Part shown: positions 20,528-29,520 of the stretch, one piece after another | Layout: each line of letters begins with the position of its first letter | How positions within the stretch are numbered: the first letter of the stretch is position 1 | Assembly (NCBI GenBank): GCA_965218295.1 | Contig: CBDCKN010000003.1 | Span: forward strand, 256,001 to 320,000 | DNA: 64,000 nucleotides | Direction of reading: 5' to 3' | Origin: Longimicrobiales bacterium | Lineage (GTDB): Bacteria; Gemmatimonadota; Gemmatimonadetes; Longimicrobiales; Gaopeijiaceae | The notes under the pieces: generated by a model | What the model was told of the DNA's origin: nothing | Database searches by the model: none | Seen by the model: the letters and a program-made list of their open reading frames with translations, nothing else | Program-made: the position numbers and the translations under genes

Positions 20528-21535
20528 TTAGAGAGCAATCTCCTGTGTAGTGAGGGATGGGGTGGGAGGATTGATCCAGACGGCCTCCGGGAGTGGTTTA
20601 GGCTTCGGCTCACCGGAGACGAAGCGCTCGGGATGAGCGGCCCATGCCTCACGGAGCACGGCCTTCCTGCAGGCGATGATCCGATCGGCGTGACCGAAGT
20701 GGACCTGTTCGGGGGTCAGCATCGAGATGCCGCCATGGCGGTGCTCGGCATTATACCAACGGAAGAACGAGCGACAGAAGGTCTTGGCTTGCCCCTGATC
20801 CCCGAACCGGCCGGGAAACGAGGGATGGTACTTCAAGGTCTTGAACTGAGCCTCGGAGAACGGATTGTCATCCGAGACCTGGGGTCGGCCCAACGAGCGG
20901 GTCACGCCGAGATCGGCGAGTAGTTGAGCCGTGCATTGGCTCGTCATCGGAGCCCCTCGATCGGAATGCAGGGTCAGGAGGTGGGGCTGGACGCCATGCT
21001 TCAAGCAACTCTGCTGGATCAGCCGGCTGGCCAGGGCAGAGTTCTCCCGATCCGCCACCATCCATCCCACGACGTAGCGGCTGAAGATGTCCAGGATCAC
21101 GTAGAGGTAGAAGTAACTCCACTTCTTCGGCCCCAGCAGCCGGGTGATATCCCAGGACCAGACCTGGTTCGGGCCCCTCGCCATCAACTCGGGTTTCTGG
21201 TATTTGGGATGACTCCGCTGCGCTCGACGCTCCTGAACCGGCACCTGGGAAGCCAGAACGCGATACATCGTACGCTCGCTGCACAGGTAGACGTCCTCGT
21301 CGAGCAGCGTCGCCACCACCTCGGCTGGGGACCGGTCCACGAACCGCTCCGAACACAGCGTGTCGAAGACCTTGTCTCGTTCCTTCTCGCTTAAGGCCCG
21401 GGCGGGGGTCGGGCGGGGCTGCTGATGCCCGGTCGATGGCCTCCGACGACGGTAGAACGTGGCTCGCGGCACCCTGAGCGCATCGCACGCGGGCTTCACC
21501 CCTACGTGCTTGGCTAGCTCCTGGGTCGCCTTCAT
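20528..21535 (-). CDS. IS3-family transposase OrfB (DDE)
   Basis: PNQVWSWDIT, LHSDRG, DNPFSEAQFKTLK, YNAEHRH. Confidence 0.95.
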   Translation of the reverse strand: MKATQELAKHVGVKPACDALRVPRATFYRRRRPSTGHQQPRPTPARALSEKERDKVFDTLCSERFVDRSPAEVVATLLDEDVYLCSERTMYRVLASQVPVQERRAQRSHPKYQKPELMARGPNQVWSWDITRLLGPKKWSYFYLYVILDIFSRYVVGWMVADRENSALASRLIQQSCLKHGVQPHLLTLHSDRGAPMTSQCTAQLLADLGVTRSLGRPQVSDDNPFSEAQFKTLKYHPSFPGRFGDQGQAKTFCRSFFRWYNAEHRHGGISMLTPEQVHFGHADRIIACRKAVLREAWAAHPERFVSGEPKPKPLPEAVWINPPTPSLTTQEIAL

Positions 21536-21981
21536 GAGTTCGTCCCGTCCTCGAGGCTCAATCCCAGCAGCCCTGCAACTTTTCCCTGGACGTCGATGAT
21601 CAAGTGCGCCTTCTGGAGCTCCTTCTCGAGGCGAGTGTTCTCGCGCTCCAGCTTGCGCACCTTCTCCTCCAGCGGATTGCGCTCGCGCTTACGGCCTCGT
21701 TTCTTCGACAGCGCTTTCAGGGACCCGCTATGCGCCGCCTTGCGCCATGTCGTCAGGTGCGACGAGTACAAGCCCTCCCGCCGTAGGAGTCGGCCAACCT
21801 CTCCGGGCTCCGTGCACCGGTCCGCTTCTTCGACGATCCGCAGCTTGTACGACGGAGCGAACCGCCGGCGCAGCGGCCTATCTACCACCTCCGAGTCCGC
21901 AGGAGCTGCCGCGCTTCGCTTACCGTCCCAGGTTGGTGGGGCTATTCCATTCTCTTTCATTCTCTCTCGGTGTCTCAGCAT
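21532..21981 (-). CDS. IS3-family transposase OrfA
   Basis: RRRF..YKLRIVEEAD..LLRREGLYSSHL plus a leucine zipper. Confidence 0.9.
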   Translation of the reverse strand: MLRHRERMKENGIAPPTWDGKRSAAAPADSEVVDRPLRRRFAPSYKLRIVEEADRCTEPGEVGRLLRREGLYSSHLTTWRKAAHSGSLKALSKKRGRKRERNPLEEKVRKLERENTRLEKELQKAHLIIDVQGKVAGLLGLSLEDGTNS

Positions 21982-22314
21982 CCTCGGTTTCTCTGCCTTC
22001 GCCCTACTCTAATTCCTTAGCTGCTCCGTGTCTCACGTAAGTTGGCAGAGAGGGTCTTAGCTTTGCGCCTCCGCTGGCAGACTCCAGCTATCGCGATGGA
22101 CCATCATTGTTTTGATTGCAGCAAACAGCATTTGGGCCGTTCAGTGTTTCACTCAAGTTGGGTGGCTGAGCGGAAGTGCCTCCTTTTTGGGGCTCTCTCA
22201 TCTCCTACTCGAAGGATTGTGGGTTGGTGGGTTGGCTTACTTGGAGGCTCGAATTGTCCTTCCGGTTGCAGCCTAGGACTAGGTATTACTGCGCAGGCGT
22301 AAGTCCGCTACTGC

Positions 22315-22405
22315 GCATAACACATCCGTTTACGCTGCGGCCCATTCGGGCCTTGGCCTTCGGCACCCCGCATACGCGGGGTCGTAAATGGTGAAAACGT
22401 TATAT
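22315..22405 (+). repeat. attC-like site E
   Basis: GCATAAC..CATCCGTTTACG...CGTAAATGGTG..GTTATAT forms an imperfect palindrome. GTTATAT complements ATATAAC of site D. Confidence 0.7.
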
Positions 22406-22989
22406 GACACGGTCTCGAACATGAGAGAATCTTTGAACACCGAGCCAAGCCAACTGAAGCGTGGCAGGGCTTTTCATCGACTCGTTCAACACGAGTGGCA
22501 TCTTACCGCTGAGGGTGCGATCCAGGACGAACGGCCGGTCATCCTTCGCGAAGGGATCGGAGAGAAACGCGCAGAAGAGTACGTGGGGTGGTGGGGTCCG
22601 GACGGTCGGTCGGAAGGCCTGTGCGTCGAGGAGATCGCAGAGTGGGCGAGGCGATTGGGTTTAGAAGCGGTGGTGTGGACGGCATTGCCTTCGGGACTCC
22701 GAGATTCCCCTGGCGAAGTGCCGACATCCGAGGCGGTGGTCGCCTATCTCCGGGACCTCCCCGCTGAGCCATGCAGGAAAGCACGGGAGTACATCAGGCG
22801 GGCGCCTCCGCAAATCGACACGGCTACAAGACGTTCTATGAGAGCGATCGTCAAGGGCGGACTTCTCCCCGTCCGATCGCCCCGGCTTTAGCTCGTTGAC
22901 GATCAGCCCCGAAGGTTGGGATGACGAGGTCGTTGGGTGCTTCCGGGTCGGCTGAGCAGTCTTCTTTCGCATCGTTCTCCTCGGTCGGT

Positions 22990-23240
22990 CACCGGATCCA
23001 GTGATGGACACATGCAAGCGTTGGGTGGGTCGCGCGCGGCGAACCATGGTTCTATCTGAGACTCGGCGGATAGGCCGGCCTGACGCTTATTCGGGTTCTG
23101 CGGGGGGGCCTACGGTTAGGTGAGTGCCTCGGCTTGACTGGTGGCCGGGCGAACGACTCGCTCGAGACTGCCCCCCGCACCCTGGTCCCGGACCCTGGAG
23201 CCGACGGCGAGGGGAACGCCCCGCACCACCGCCTCGTGGG
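22990..23240 (-). ncRNA. Putative bridge/seek RNA of the IS110 element (boundaries approximate)
   Basis: The non-coding 3' region contains guide-like segments matching the donor junction (ATAGAAC) and the target core. See findings. Confidence 0.55.
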
Positions 23241-23249
23241 GTCCGGGCG

Positions 23250-24320
23250 CTAGCGCGCTTGCATCGTCAGCTTCGTTGGATCGTAGAGCTCTCCTGTCTT
23301 CCAAAGCCGTAGTGTGATCGCCGCAAGCTTGCGGGTCAGGGTCACCCGTGCGAGTTCCGGTCGCATCCCGCGAGCGATCATCTCGTGATAGAAGTCCTGC
23401 AGCGGGCCAGGCCGTGCCGTGGCGGCCGTGGCCGCGCCCTTGAAGACATCCTTGAGCACCCGGTTGTGATTGCGGTTGAGCCCCCGCGTCATGGGTGCGC
23501 GGCGCCGCCGCACCGGCCGCCCCTCGACCAGCGTGTAGTCCGCGCTCGAGGAGGTCACGACGGCCAGGCCGCTGTAGCCCCTGCCCCATAGGTTCCGCTT
23601 GGTGCGGAACCGCCAGGGCGTGCGCATGGTCGCCAGCAGCAGGGCGACCCGCACCGGCCCCAGGAAGGGGACCGTGCCCAGCACGGGCCATGCCGGGTCG
23701 CGCCGTGCTTCCGTCACCATGGCGGCCTTCGCCTTGGGCCGCAGTTCACGGAGCACGTCGAGTTGGGCGTACAGCGCCTGCGCCCGGAACCGGACCCCGC
23801 GCTCGGGCAGCTTGGCGAGCCACTCGGCCCGGTGCCTCGGGTGGTAGACGCGCTTGCCCGGCGTCTTGATCCCGCGGGCCCGGAACAGCGCCTTCAGCCG
23901 CAGCATCACCCGGGTCGTGTCCTCGACCACACTCTGATAGGTCCGAGTGAGCTCCTTCAGCGTGGCCCGATGCGCGCTCCCGTGATAGACCGCCCGTAGC
24001 CCCCCGCGGCGCAGCAACTCCGACAGCTCGTCGGCATCGACCTGGTCACCCTTGTTCCCTTGCCGCGACTTCCCACGCCGGTCGCACACGACGACTCGAT
24101 CCACCACTGGCTCGAGGAGATCGTGCAGCCACTGCGCTTGGGTCCCCTCCTCGAACGCCACATGCACCGCCCCGCGCATCCCGGAGAACCATTCCACGAT
24201 CACCGGCTCCTCGGTGGCCATGATGCTGCGCGCGATCACACGCCCGCCCTCCGCCCGAACCGACGCCAGTGTCGTTGCTTGATGTACATCCAGTGCCACA
24301 TACTTCGTCGTCCGCTTCAT
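23250..24320 (-). CDS. IS110-family recombinase/transposase
   Basis: YVALDVH, FEEG, KGDQVDA (DEDD RuvC) and C-terminal SGLAVVTSSS..RKLA. Start at MKRTTKY. Confidence 0.92.
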   Translation of the reverse strand: MKRTTKYVALDVHQATTLASVRAEGGRVIARSIMATEEPVIVEWFSGMRGAVHVAFEEGTQAQWLHDLLEPVVDRVVVCDRRGKSRQGNKGDQVDADELSELLRRGGLRAVYHGSAHRATLKELTRTYQSVVEDTTRVMLRLKALFRARGIKTPGKRVYHPRHRAEWLAKLPERGVRFRAQALYAQLDVLRELRPKAKAAMVTEARRDPAWPVLGTVPFLGPVRVALLLATMRTPWRFRTKRNLWGRGYSGLAVVTSSSADYTLVEGRPVRRRRAPMTRGLNRNHNRVLKDVFKGAATAATARPGPLQDFYHEMIARGMRPELARVTLTRKLAAITLRLWKTGELYDPTKLTMQAR

Positions 24321-24449
24321 GAGGGCCGCTCCTTGTTGGGTTCCAAGCGTCTTCGTCGACATCTTCTTGGTATCCGCAAGGGGCGTGCTCTCAATATCCG
24401 TTTGGTAGAGATTGAATTGGGATGGACACACATCCGTGGGGACCGCGTC

Positions 24450-24607
24450 ATATAACGCCGGACTCAAGCTCTCGCCTGCGACTCTTACCTCCGCGCTGTC
24501 GCGCTCCGGCAGCTCGGATCTTACGATGAGCAACGGCTCGGCCGCTTCGCGGACACTCCGGTGAGCTCCGCTCACCTCTATGTCGTGAGTCAGTGAGCCC
24601 GTTATAC
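24450..24607 (+). repeat. attC-like site D
   Basis: ATATAACGCCGGACTCAAG...GAGCCCGTTATAC. Homologous to A and C. Confidence 0.8.
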
Positions 24608-24639
24608 GGAATCGCGAGAGCCAGCAAGGAGGGGTAGCT

Positions 24640-24975
24640 CTGGAGCTCCCACGACGGACTGAAGTCGAAATCCCGAGACGCAAGGTCACCGGCTACCTTC
24701 TGGCAACAGTGCACCCTGTCGGGGGCGCGAAGGCCAGGTACTTCGAGTCCCGAGGCTACAGCCTCGAATCTCCGGAAGATCTGGAGGCGGCGCTCCGGGA
24801 GGTAGCTGAGGTCGGCGAGGTCGTCACGACAGAAGCGACGCAGTGGGGAACGAAGTACTTTGTCTCGGGGAATGTCCGGGCTCCTGACGGGAACCCTATG
24901 GCACTCGGCACCGTATGGATTGTCACCGGCGAGGATGTGCCTGTGCTGGTAACCGCTTACCCGACGCGGAGATAA
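24640..24975 (+). CDS. DUF6883-like protein (putative toxin)
   Basis: The frame extends to CTG at 24640 after a GGAGG RBS: IPRRKVTGYLL..HPVGGAKARYF..TVWIV..LVTAYP. Confidence 0.65.
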   Translation: MELPRRTEVEIPRRKVTGYLLATVHPVGGAKARYFESRGYSLESPEDLEAALREVAEVGEVVTTEATQWGTKYFVSGNVRAPDGNPMALGTVWIVTGEDVPVLVTAYPTRR

Positions 24976-24979
24976 AGGC

Positions 24980-25204
24980 ATGAAAGAGCTCGATACGGTC
25001 GTTCTGCGCCGGGAGCTTCCAGAGGCCGGCCTAGAGGCGGGCGACGTCGGGGCGATCGTGCACTGCCATGCCGACGATTCCTACGAGGTCGAATTTGTCT
25101 CCGGGGAGGGTGGAACCGTGGCGGTCGTCACGCTTTCTGGCGCTGATCTGCGTCCGATTGAGGCCCGCGAGATTCTCCATGTGCGGAGCCTGGCCCACCA
25201 TTAG
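24980..25204 (+). CDS. DUF4926-like protein (putative antitoxin)
   Basis: MKELDTVVL..LPEAGLEAGDVGAIVH..YEVEF. Confidence 0.8.
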   Translation: MKELDTVVLRRELPEAGLEAGDVGAIVHCHADDSYEVEFVSGEGGTVAVVTLSGADLRPIEAREILHVRSLAHH

Positions 25205-25217
25205 GGTGCGCGACTCC

Positions 25218-25366
25218 GCGTAACGCCGCTCTCCCGCTCGGGCCCCCAGCTCCGCTTCGCGCGATGAGCGCGCAGTTACTATCGTGAACGCCACGGGCCC
25301 GGCCCCTGCGGGGGCACTCCGTTCGCGGCGCTCACTCCGCGCCGGGAGCGCGTGAGCCCGTTATGC
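25218..25366 (+). repeat. attC-like site F
   Basis: GCGTAACGCCGCTCTCCCGC...GAGCCCGTTATGC. Homologous to B. Confidence 0.8.
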
Positions 25367-25631
25367 GCCATTAGTGGGCGGCCGCATGACTAAACGGAAT
25401 GCAGGTTCTTGCGAGTGGTCGTGTGTAGGCCCGTCGCGCGTATTGTGCGACCCTGCCCGCGCCGCGCCATAATTCATAATCAGAACGCTCCGATGCAAGT
25501 GCGTCGATCCAGTGCAGGCAGGGGACCTTCTTCGGAAGCGGCGGTCGGACGTCCGAAGGCTCCGACCGGCGATGGGCCACGCGGCCCGACGACGCCCTCG
25601 GTCCCAAGTCGGGGCAGGCTCTCCCTCCCGG

Positions 25632-26118
25632 TCTCAGCCAAACGGGAGTTGTAGACCAAAGAGAAGTGGGACGTGTACGCCATCTACTCCTTGGGGCACT
25701 TCAAGGCGCACATGTAGCCGCAGAACGCCAATCACCACCGAGAGCTGACCATGCGGTTGTACGTGCCACTCATTGGCCCGACGGAGTAGGCCTCCACCGC
25801 CACCCGCTCGGACGCTGCCGAGGATGTATGAAACTCCAACGCCGATTGACTGCCTCCTAGTTCGCAGCCATCGGAGCACCTCACTCCGATCCCCCGCTGG
25901 CCCGCGTAAGCGCTCCACAGTAGCGAGGCGCTGTGGAGGTCGACCTCCAGGAACGCGCTCATGCCCCCGGATTCCAGGTTCCCGTTCCTCGTAATGGCCG
26001 CCATCCCAATGGAGGGAGTGACCGTCAGAGTTGCACCCGCGGACTCTTGAGCACGCAGCGTCCCGCGCCCGAGTCCAAAGGGCACGAGCAGGGTGAGGAC
26101 GACGAGTCGTGTCAGCAA
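25632..26118 (-). pseudogene. Secreted/beta-strand hypothetical protein, probably frameshifted
   Basis: A signal peptide lies in one frame. A beta-strand-like tail (LSVVIGV..LEVP..HVPLLFGLQLPFG) lies in another. Confidence 0.4.
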
Positions 26119-26235
26119 GGTCGGGATATCTCCGGGAACAAGGGATGGCTACCCTTAACAACGAGTCGTACCTCGGCGCTGTGACACGTGCCGATAGCGT
26201 AGGTTCCTTCCGGGTGATCGTGTTGCGTGGAGAGA

Positions 26236-26715
26236 TCAGCCCCCGCCTCCGAACAGTTCCCGCGCCTCATCTTCGGTAAGTCCGGCCTCGCCCACGTGCG
26301 CGCTGGCGTCGAGCAATTCTCGGTCCTCCGCCATTCTGGCTAGGGCCAGCGAAGCAGCAGCGGAGCCCGCACCCGACAGTGCGAACACGGGGCCCAACAC
26401 CAGAAAGGCGTCCCCTCCAAGGGCGGCGGCCAAGACAAAGATCCCGGACAGCAGAAGACCCCCAACGCCTCCCCACACTGCAAAGCGCGGAAGCGACATC
26501 TGATCAAACCTGCGACGGCCCTCAACAATCCCGAGGACCCCAGAGAACGTGACGCCGGCAAGAAAGCCAAGTAGAGCGAACCCGAGGGGAAACGGGACGT
26601 CGGCGGCGCCAACACCAACTACCAGCAGGAGCGTGACGCCCGCGCCAAACCATGCTAATGCCCAGGTCAGGCCCATCCCGATTGCACCGCGGATGCGTCG
26701 CAGCCACTTCTTCAT
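26236..26715 (-). CDS. Four-TM membrane protein
   Basis: Hydrophobic helices and a GGGAGG RBS. Confidence 0.8.
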   Translation of the reverse strand: MKKWLRRIRGAIGMGLTWALAWFGAGVTLLLVVGVGAADVPFPLGFALLGFLAGVTFSGVLGIVEGRRRFDQMSLPRFAVWGGVGGLLLSGIFVLAAALGGDAFLVLGPVFALSGAGSAAASLALARMAEDRELLDASAHVGEAGLTEDEARELFGGGG

Positions 26716-26908
26716 TGCTACCCTCCCTGTGCACGTGGATCTCTACCGCTGGTGCTGCAAGCTCCGGTCCGGCCGTGTCCGGGTGCCAGGCCAGGAGTGC
26801 GCCTCGACCGTCGCGGGGGCGATGCCTAACAGGGATTTGCTGCTGGCGCGGCTTACCAGCGGTCCGCACCGTTCGCATTGCAGCCGCGCGTGGTTGTCAG
26901 GCCCCCGA

Positions 26909-27589
26909 TCAACCGCTTGGAGCTCGAGACCCCTTCTCCCGGAATCCGATCCGGTGGTAGGGATTCACTACGCTCGTCGCCACGTTCTTGAGGTGCGCGC
27001 TGACGCGTTTCAGATAGCGCAGGTAGAGTGCCACTGTGACCGCATGCCCCGACCGTCCCGACAACTCCTCACCGGAGCACAGAGCACGCACGTGCTCGTC
27101 CACCTTGGATGAAATGATGGTGTGGGACCCCATGATGCCCCGGGCCCGAACCACGTCGGATTCCTCGAGGGCGGGCACGATGTCGTCAAACATCCGGGCC
27201 ATGATCTGCTCGATCTCAACGACCTCGTCGTGTAGCTCGAGCCCGTCGAAGGGCCCGGGAACTGCAGACGCCAACTCCACGATGTTCTTGGTGTAGTCTC
27301 CGATCCGCTCGATGTCGATAACGATCGCCGTGAGCACGAGCCCCAGGTTGATGTCAGGCTTGGCCGACACGGACATGTGCGTGACGATCTTGCGCCGAAC
27401 GCTCCGCTCGTACTTGTTGAGCCGCTGATCGCGCTTGTAGATGTCGGTCTCTAGCGCGCCCTCCGCATGGAGCGCCGTGACTGCGTGGTCGAACATGTCG
27501 TGGGAGGCCCGAAGCATCAGGATCGCCTCGTCATATGCCTCTCGCAGTGGGCCCTGAGACCTGAAGAGCGTGACGATTTCCTTCCACAT
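26909..27589 (-). CDS. PhoU-domain protein
   Basis: DIERIGDYTKNI and YLKRVSAHLKN repeats. Adjacent to the Na/Pi cotransporter. Confidence 0.88.
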   Translation of the reverse strand: MWKEIVTLFRSQGPLREAYDEAILMLRASHDMFDHAVTALHAEGALETDIYKRDQRLNKYERSVRRKIVTHMSVSAKPDINLGLVLTAIVIDIERIGDYTKNIVELASAVPGPFDGLELHDEVVEIEQIMARMFDDIVPALEESDVVRARGIMGSHTIISSKVDEHVRALCSGEELSGRSGHAVTVALYLRYLKRVSAHLKNVATSVVNPYHRIGFREKGSRAPSG

Positions 27590-27606
27590 GGTGTTTACCT
27601 TTTCGG

Positions 27607-28746
27607 CTACAGAATGAAGTAGAGAATGGGGATGATGTGGAGCACCACATATACCGTGATCACGCCCGCCGAAGTGACCCTGGTCCGAGCTGCATACGCG
27701 CCGACCTTCTGCGCCATCCAGATGGGAGCCGCCCGCAGGGGATAGAAGATCGCGATTCCCAGTAGGTTGAAGCTGAGGTGGGCAAGAGCCACGGTCACCG
27801 CAGCGGCGCTAGCGGTCGAGAATGAAGCCAGGATCGCAGTGATCGTCGTTCCGATGTTGGCTCCAAGCGTGTAGGGGAAGATCTGCCTGAGAGACAGGAC
27901 TCCGGTCCCTGCTAGCGGAACGATGAGCGAAGTCGTCGCCGAGCTGCTCTGCACAGCCGTGGTCGTCACGATACCCAGGCCGAAGCTGGTGGCATCGTTC
28001 CGGAAGAGGACCCGATCGAAGAGGGCCGCCATCCTCTCCAGGAACACGCCGCGCATCAGTCGCATCAGCTGCTGAAGGGAGATGAAGAGGATGCCCAGGG
28101 CGATGCCGATGAGCGGCAACTCGTAAGGGATCGCGCCGGAAACCCAATCGGAGAGCGGCCTCACGACGGCGTTGAGCGGGCTCGCGAGACTCATCCCGCC
28201 TGCGCCCGCGAAGACGCCTTGTAAGAAAACCGCCATCCTTTCTACCGGATGGAAGAAGATCTCCAGCGGCAGGATGACCATCGCCGCCAGGACATTGAAG
28301 AAGTCGTGCACCGTGGATGCCGCGAAGGCTCGCTCGAACTCCGCCGGACGTGTGACGTGCCCCGCCGAGACGAGCGTGTTCGTGGTCGTCGTTCCGATGT
28401 TCGCACCCATGAGCATTGGCACGGCCAACTGGATCGTGAGGACTTCTGACGCGACCAGACCGACAATGATGGTAGTGGTGGTGGACGAGCTTTGGATCAG
28501 GCTCGTCGCAAGAAATCCGATGAAGAGCCCCGCCACCGGATCCGAGGCCGTGTTGAGAAGCTGCTCGGCGAAGCCACGGCCACCCATCTTGAACGCCGTG
28601 CTCATCAGCTCGATGCTGAAGAAGAACAGGTAGAGCAGGCCGAGGAAGTAAACGCCGCGGCCGATCGCGAGGATCGGGCTGGCTTTGCGTTGGGTTTGCG
28701 ACGCGGTCGGGTGGGGCATCAGGCGCAGGTCCTTTTGTAATGGCAC
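27607..28746 (-). CDS. Na+/phosphate cotransporter (NptA-like)
   Basis: Two QSSS(T/A)TT and GANIGTT repeats. Confidence 0.92.
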   Translation of the reverse strand: MPLQKDLRLMPHPTASQTQRKASPILAIGRGVYFLGLLYLFFFSIELMSTAFKMGGRGFAEQLLNTASDPVAGLFIGFLATSLIQSSSTTTTIIVGLVASEVLTIQLAVPMLMGANIGTTTTNTLVSAGHVTRPAEFERAFAASTVHDFFNVLAAMVILPLEIFFHPVERMAVFLQGVFAGAGGMSLASPLNAVVRPLSDWVSGAIPYELPLIGIALGILFISLQQLMRLMRGVFLERMAALFDRVLFRNDATSFGLGIVTTTAVQSSSATTSLIVPLAGTGVLSLRQIFPYTLGANIGTTITAILASFSTASAAAVTVALAHLSFNLLGIAIFYPLRAAPIWMAQKVGAYAARTRVTSAGVITVYVVLHIIPILYFIL

Positions 28747-28899
28747 CGAAGAGCCGCAGAGAAACTACAGACTTGCCGCCACTGTGGAAAACCCGCTCAC
28801 CGTTACCCATCCACGTATCCGCTCGTCGCGCCCTCCGATGGGCGAACGACGGTGTACCCCGGAGGAGCTCGGGTTCAGTGCCAACGCCTGTTGGAACGA

Positions 28900-29520
28900 T
28901 CGCTCCGCTTCCTCCAACCGTAGCATGATCCCGATCTCGCGAACAACTCCAGCGTCGCTTGTCGCATTACGGGCGACGGAGTCCGACGGTGTTAGCGTTG
29001 GGCTACGCGCCGTCGGTGCGAGGAGCGAGCTGGCAAAAGGCCTCCAGCCGAGGCGTTTCCCCGTACAGAATCAGCGTATCGCCGCCGTGGATGAGCGTGT
29101 CCCCATGGGGGGCGCCTACGTACGCACCGTCAGCTCGGTGTATTCCGAGAACGAGCAGTCCACCGAGGTCCAGCTTGCGCAGCGGCTTCTCCGCCCGGGC
29201 CCCTTCCGGCTCTACCTCCGTTTCGACCACTCGATAAGCGCCCGACAAGTGGAGCAAGCTGGAATAGTCTCGCACCTCGAGCTCAGTCCACTTCCTGAGT
29301 GCCCATCGGATCAGGCCGCACACCGCCCGATCCAGCCACTTGTTCTTGACCAGAGCCCGATCAGCAGTAGCCCGAAGACCAGCAGACCGAACAGCTCCCA
29401 CCACTGTCTGGACTCCGCAGGCCCGGCGAAAGCCACGATCAGCGATGCGGCCACCGTCACCAATCCGGCATTTCCGAGCAGCATGAGAAGCATCAGGATC
29501 TTCCGCCTCACTGGGTGGTT
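28900..29520 (-). pseudogene. TrkA-C domain membrane protein, 5'-truncated and frameshifted
   Basis: NHPVRRKILMLLMLLGNAG and RDYSSLLHLSG..VLGIHRADG..GDTLILYG occur in different frames with no start. Confidence 0.7.

Larger units (their letters stand above)
20488..22054 (-). mobile_element. IS3-family insertion sequence
   Basis: Imperfect IRs CGGAACCTGTCAACGCCAGTGAGACAC / CCCTCTCTGCCAACTTACGTGAGACAC, flanked by TCT on both sides. Confidence 0.85.
22836..24402 (-). mobile_element. IS110-family (IS1111-like) element
   Basis: CGTT core at both junctions (22832-22835, 24399-24402), short subterminal TGAGAGC IRs, a ~410-bp non-coding region after the transposase, and TTGAC near the right end. Confidence 0.82.
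22421..24455 (+). pseudogene. Cassette gene interrupted by IS110
   Basis: Removing 22836-24402 restores ...PQIDTATRR|LVEIELGWTHIRGDRVI*, with the TAA inside the ATATAAC box of attC D. Confidence 0.75.

Noticed and set aside
20412..22314. Intact cassette gene around the IS3 insertion
   Set aside because: Rejoining the flanks at TCT gives no convincing ORF with a start codon. It is probably a degraded cassette.
15797..25366. Recurring ~150-bp repeats as a CRISPR array
   Set aside because: They are too long, separated by whole genes, and no cas genes are present. An attC interpretation fits better.
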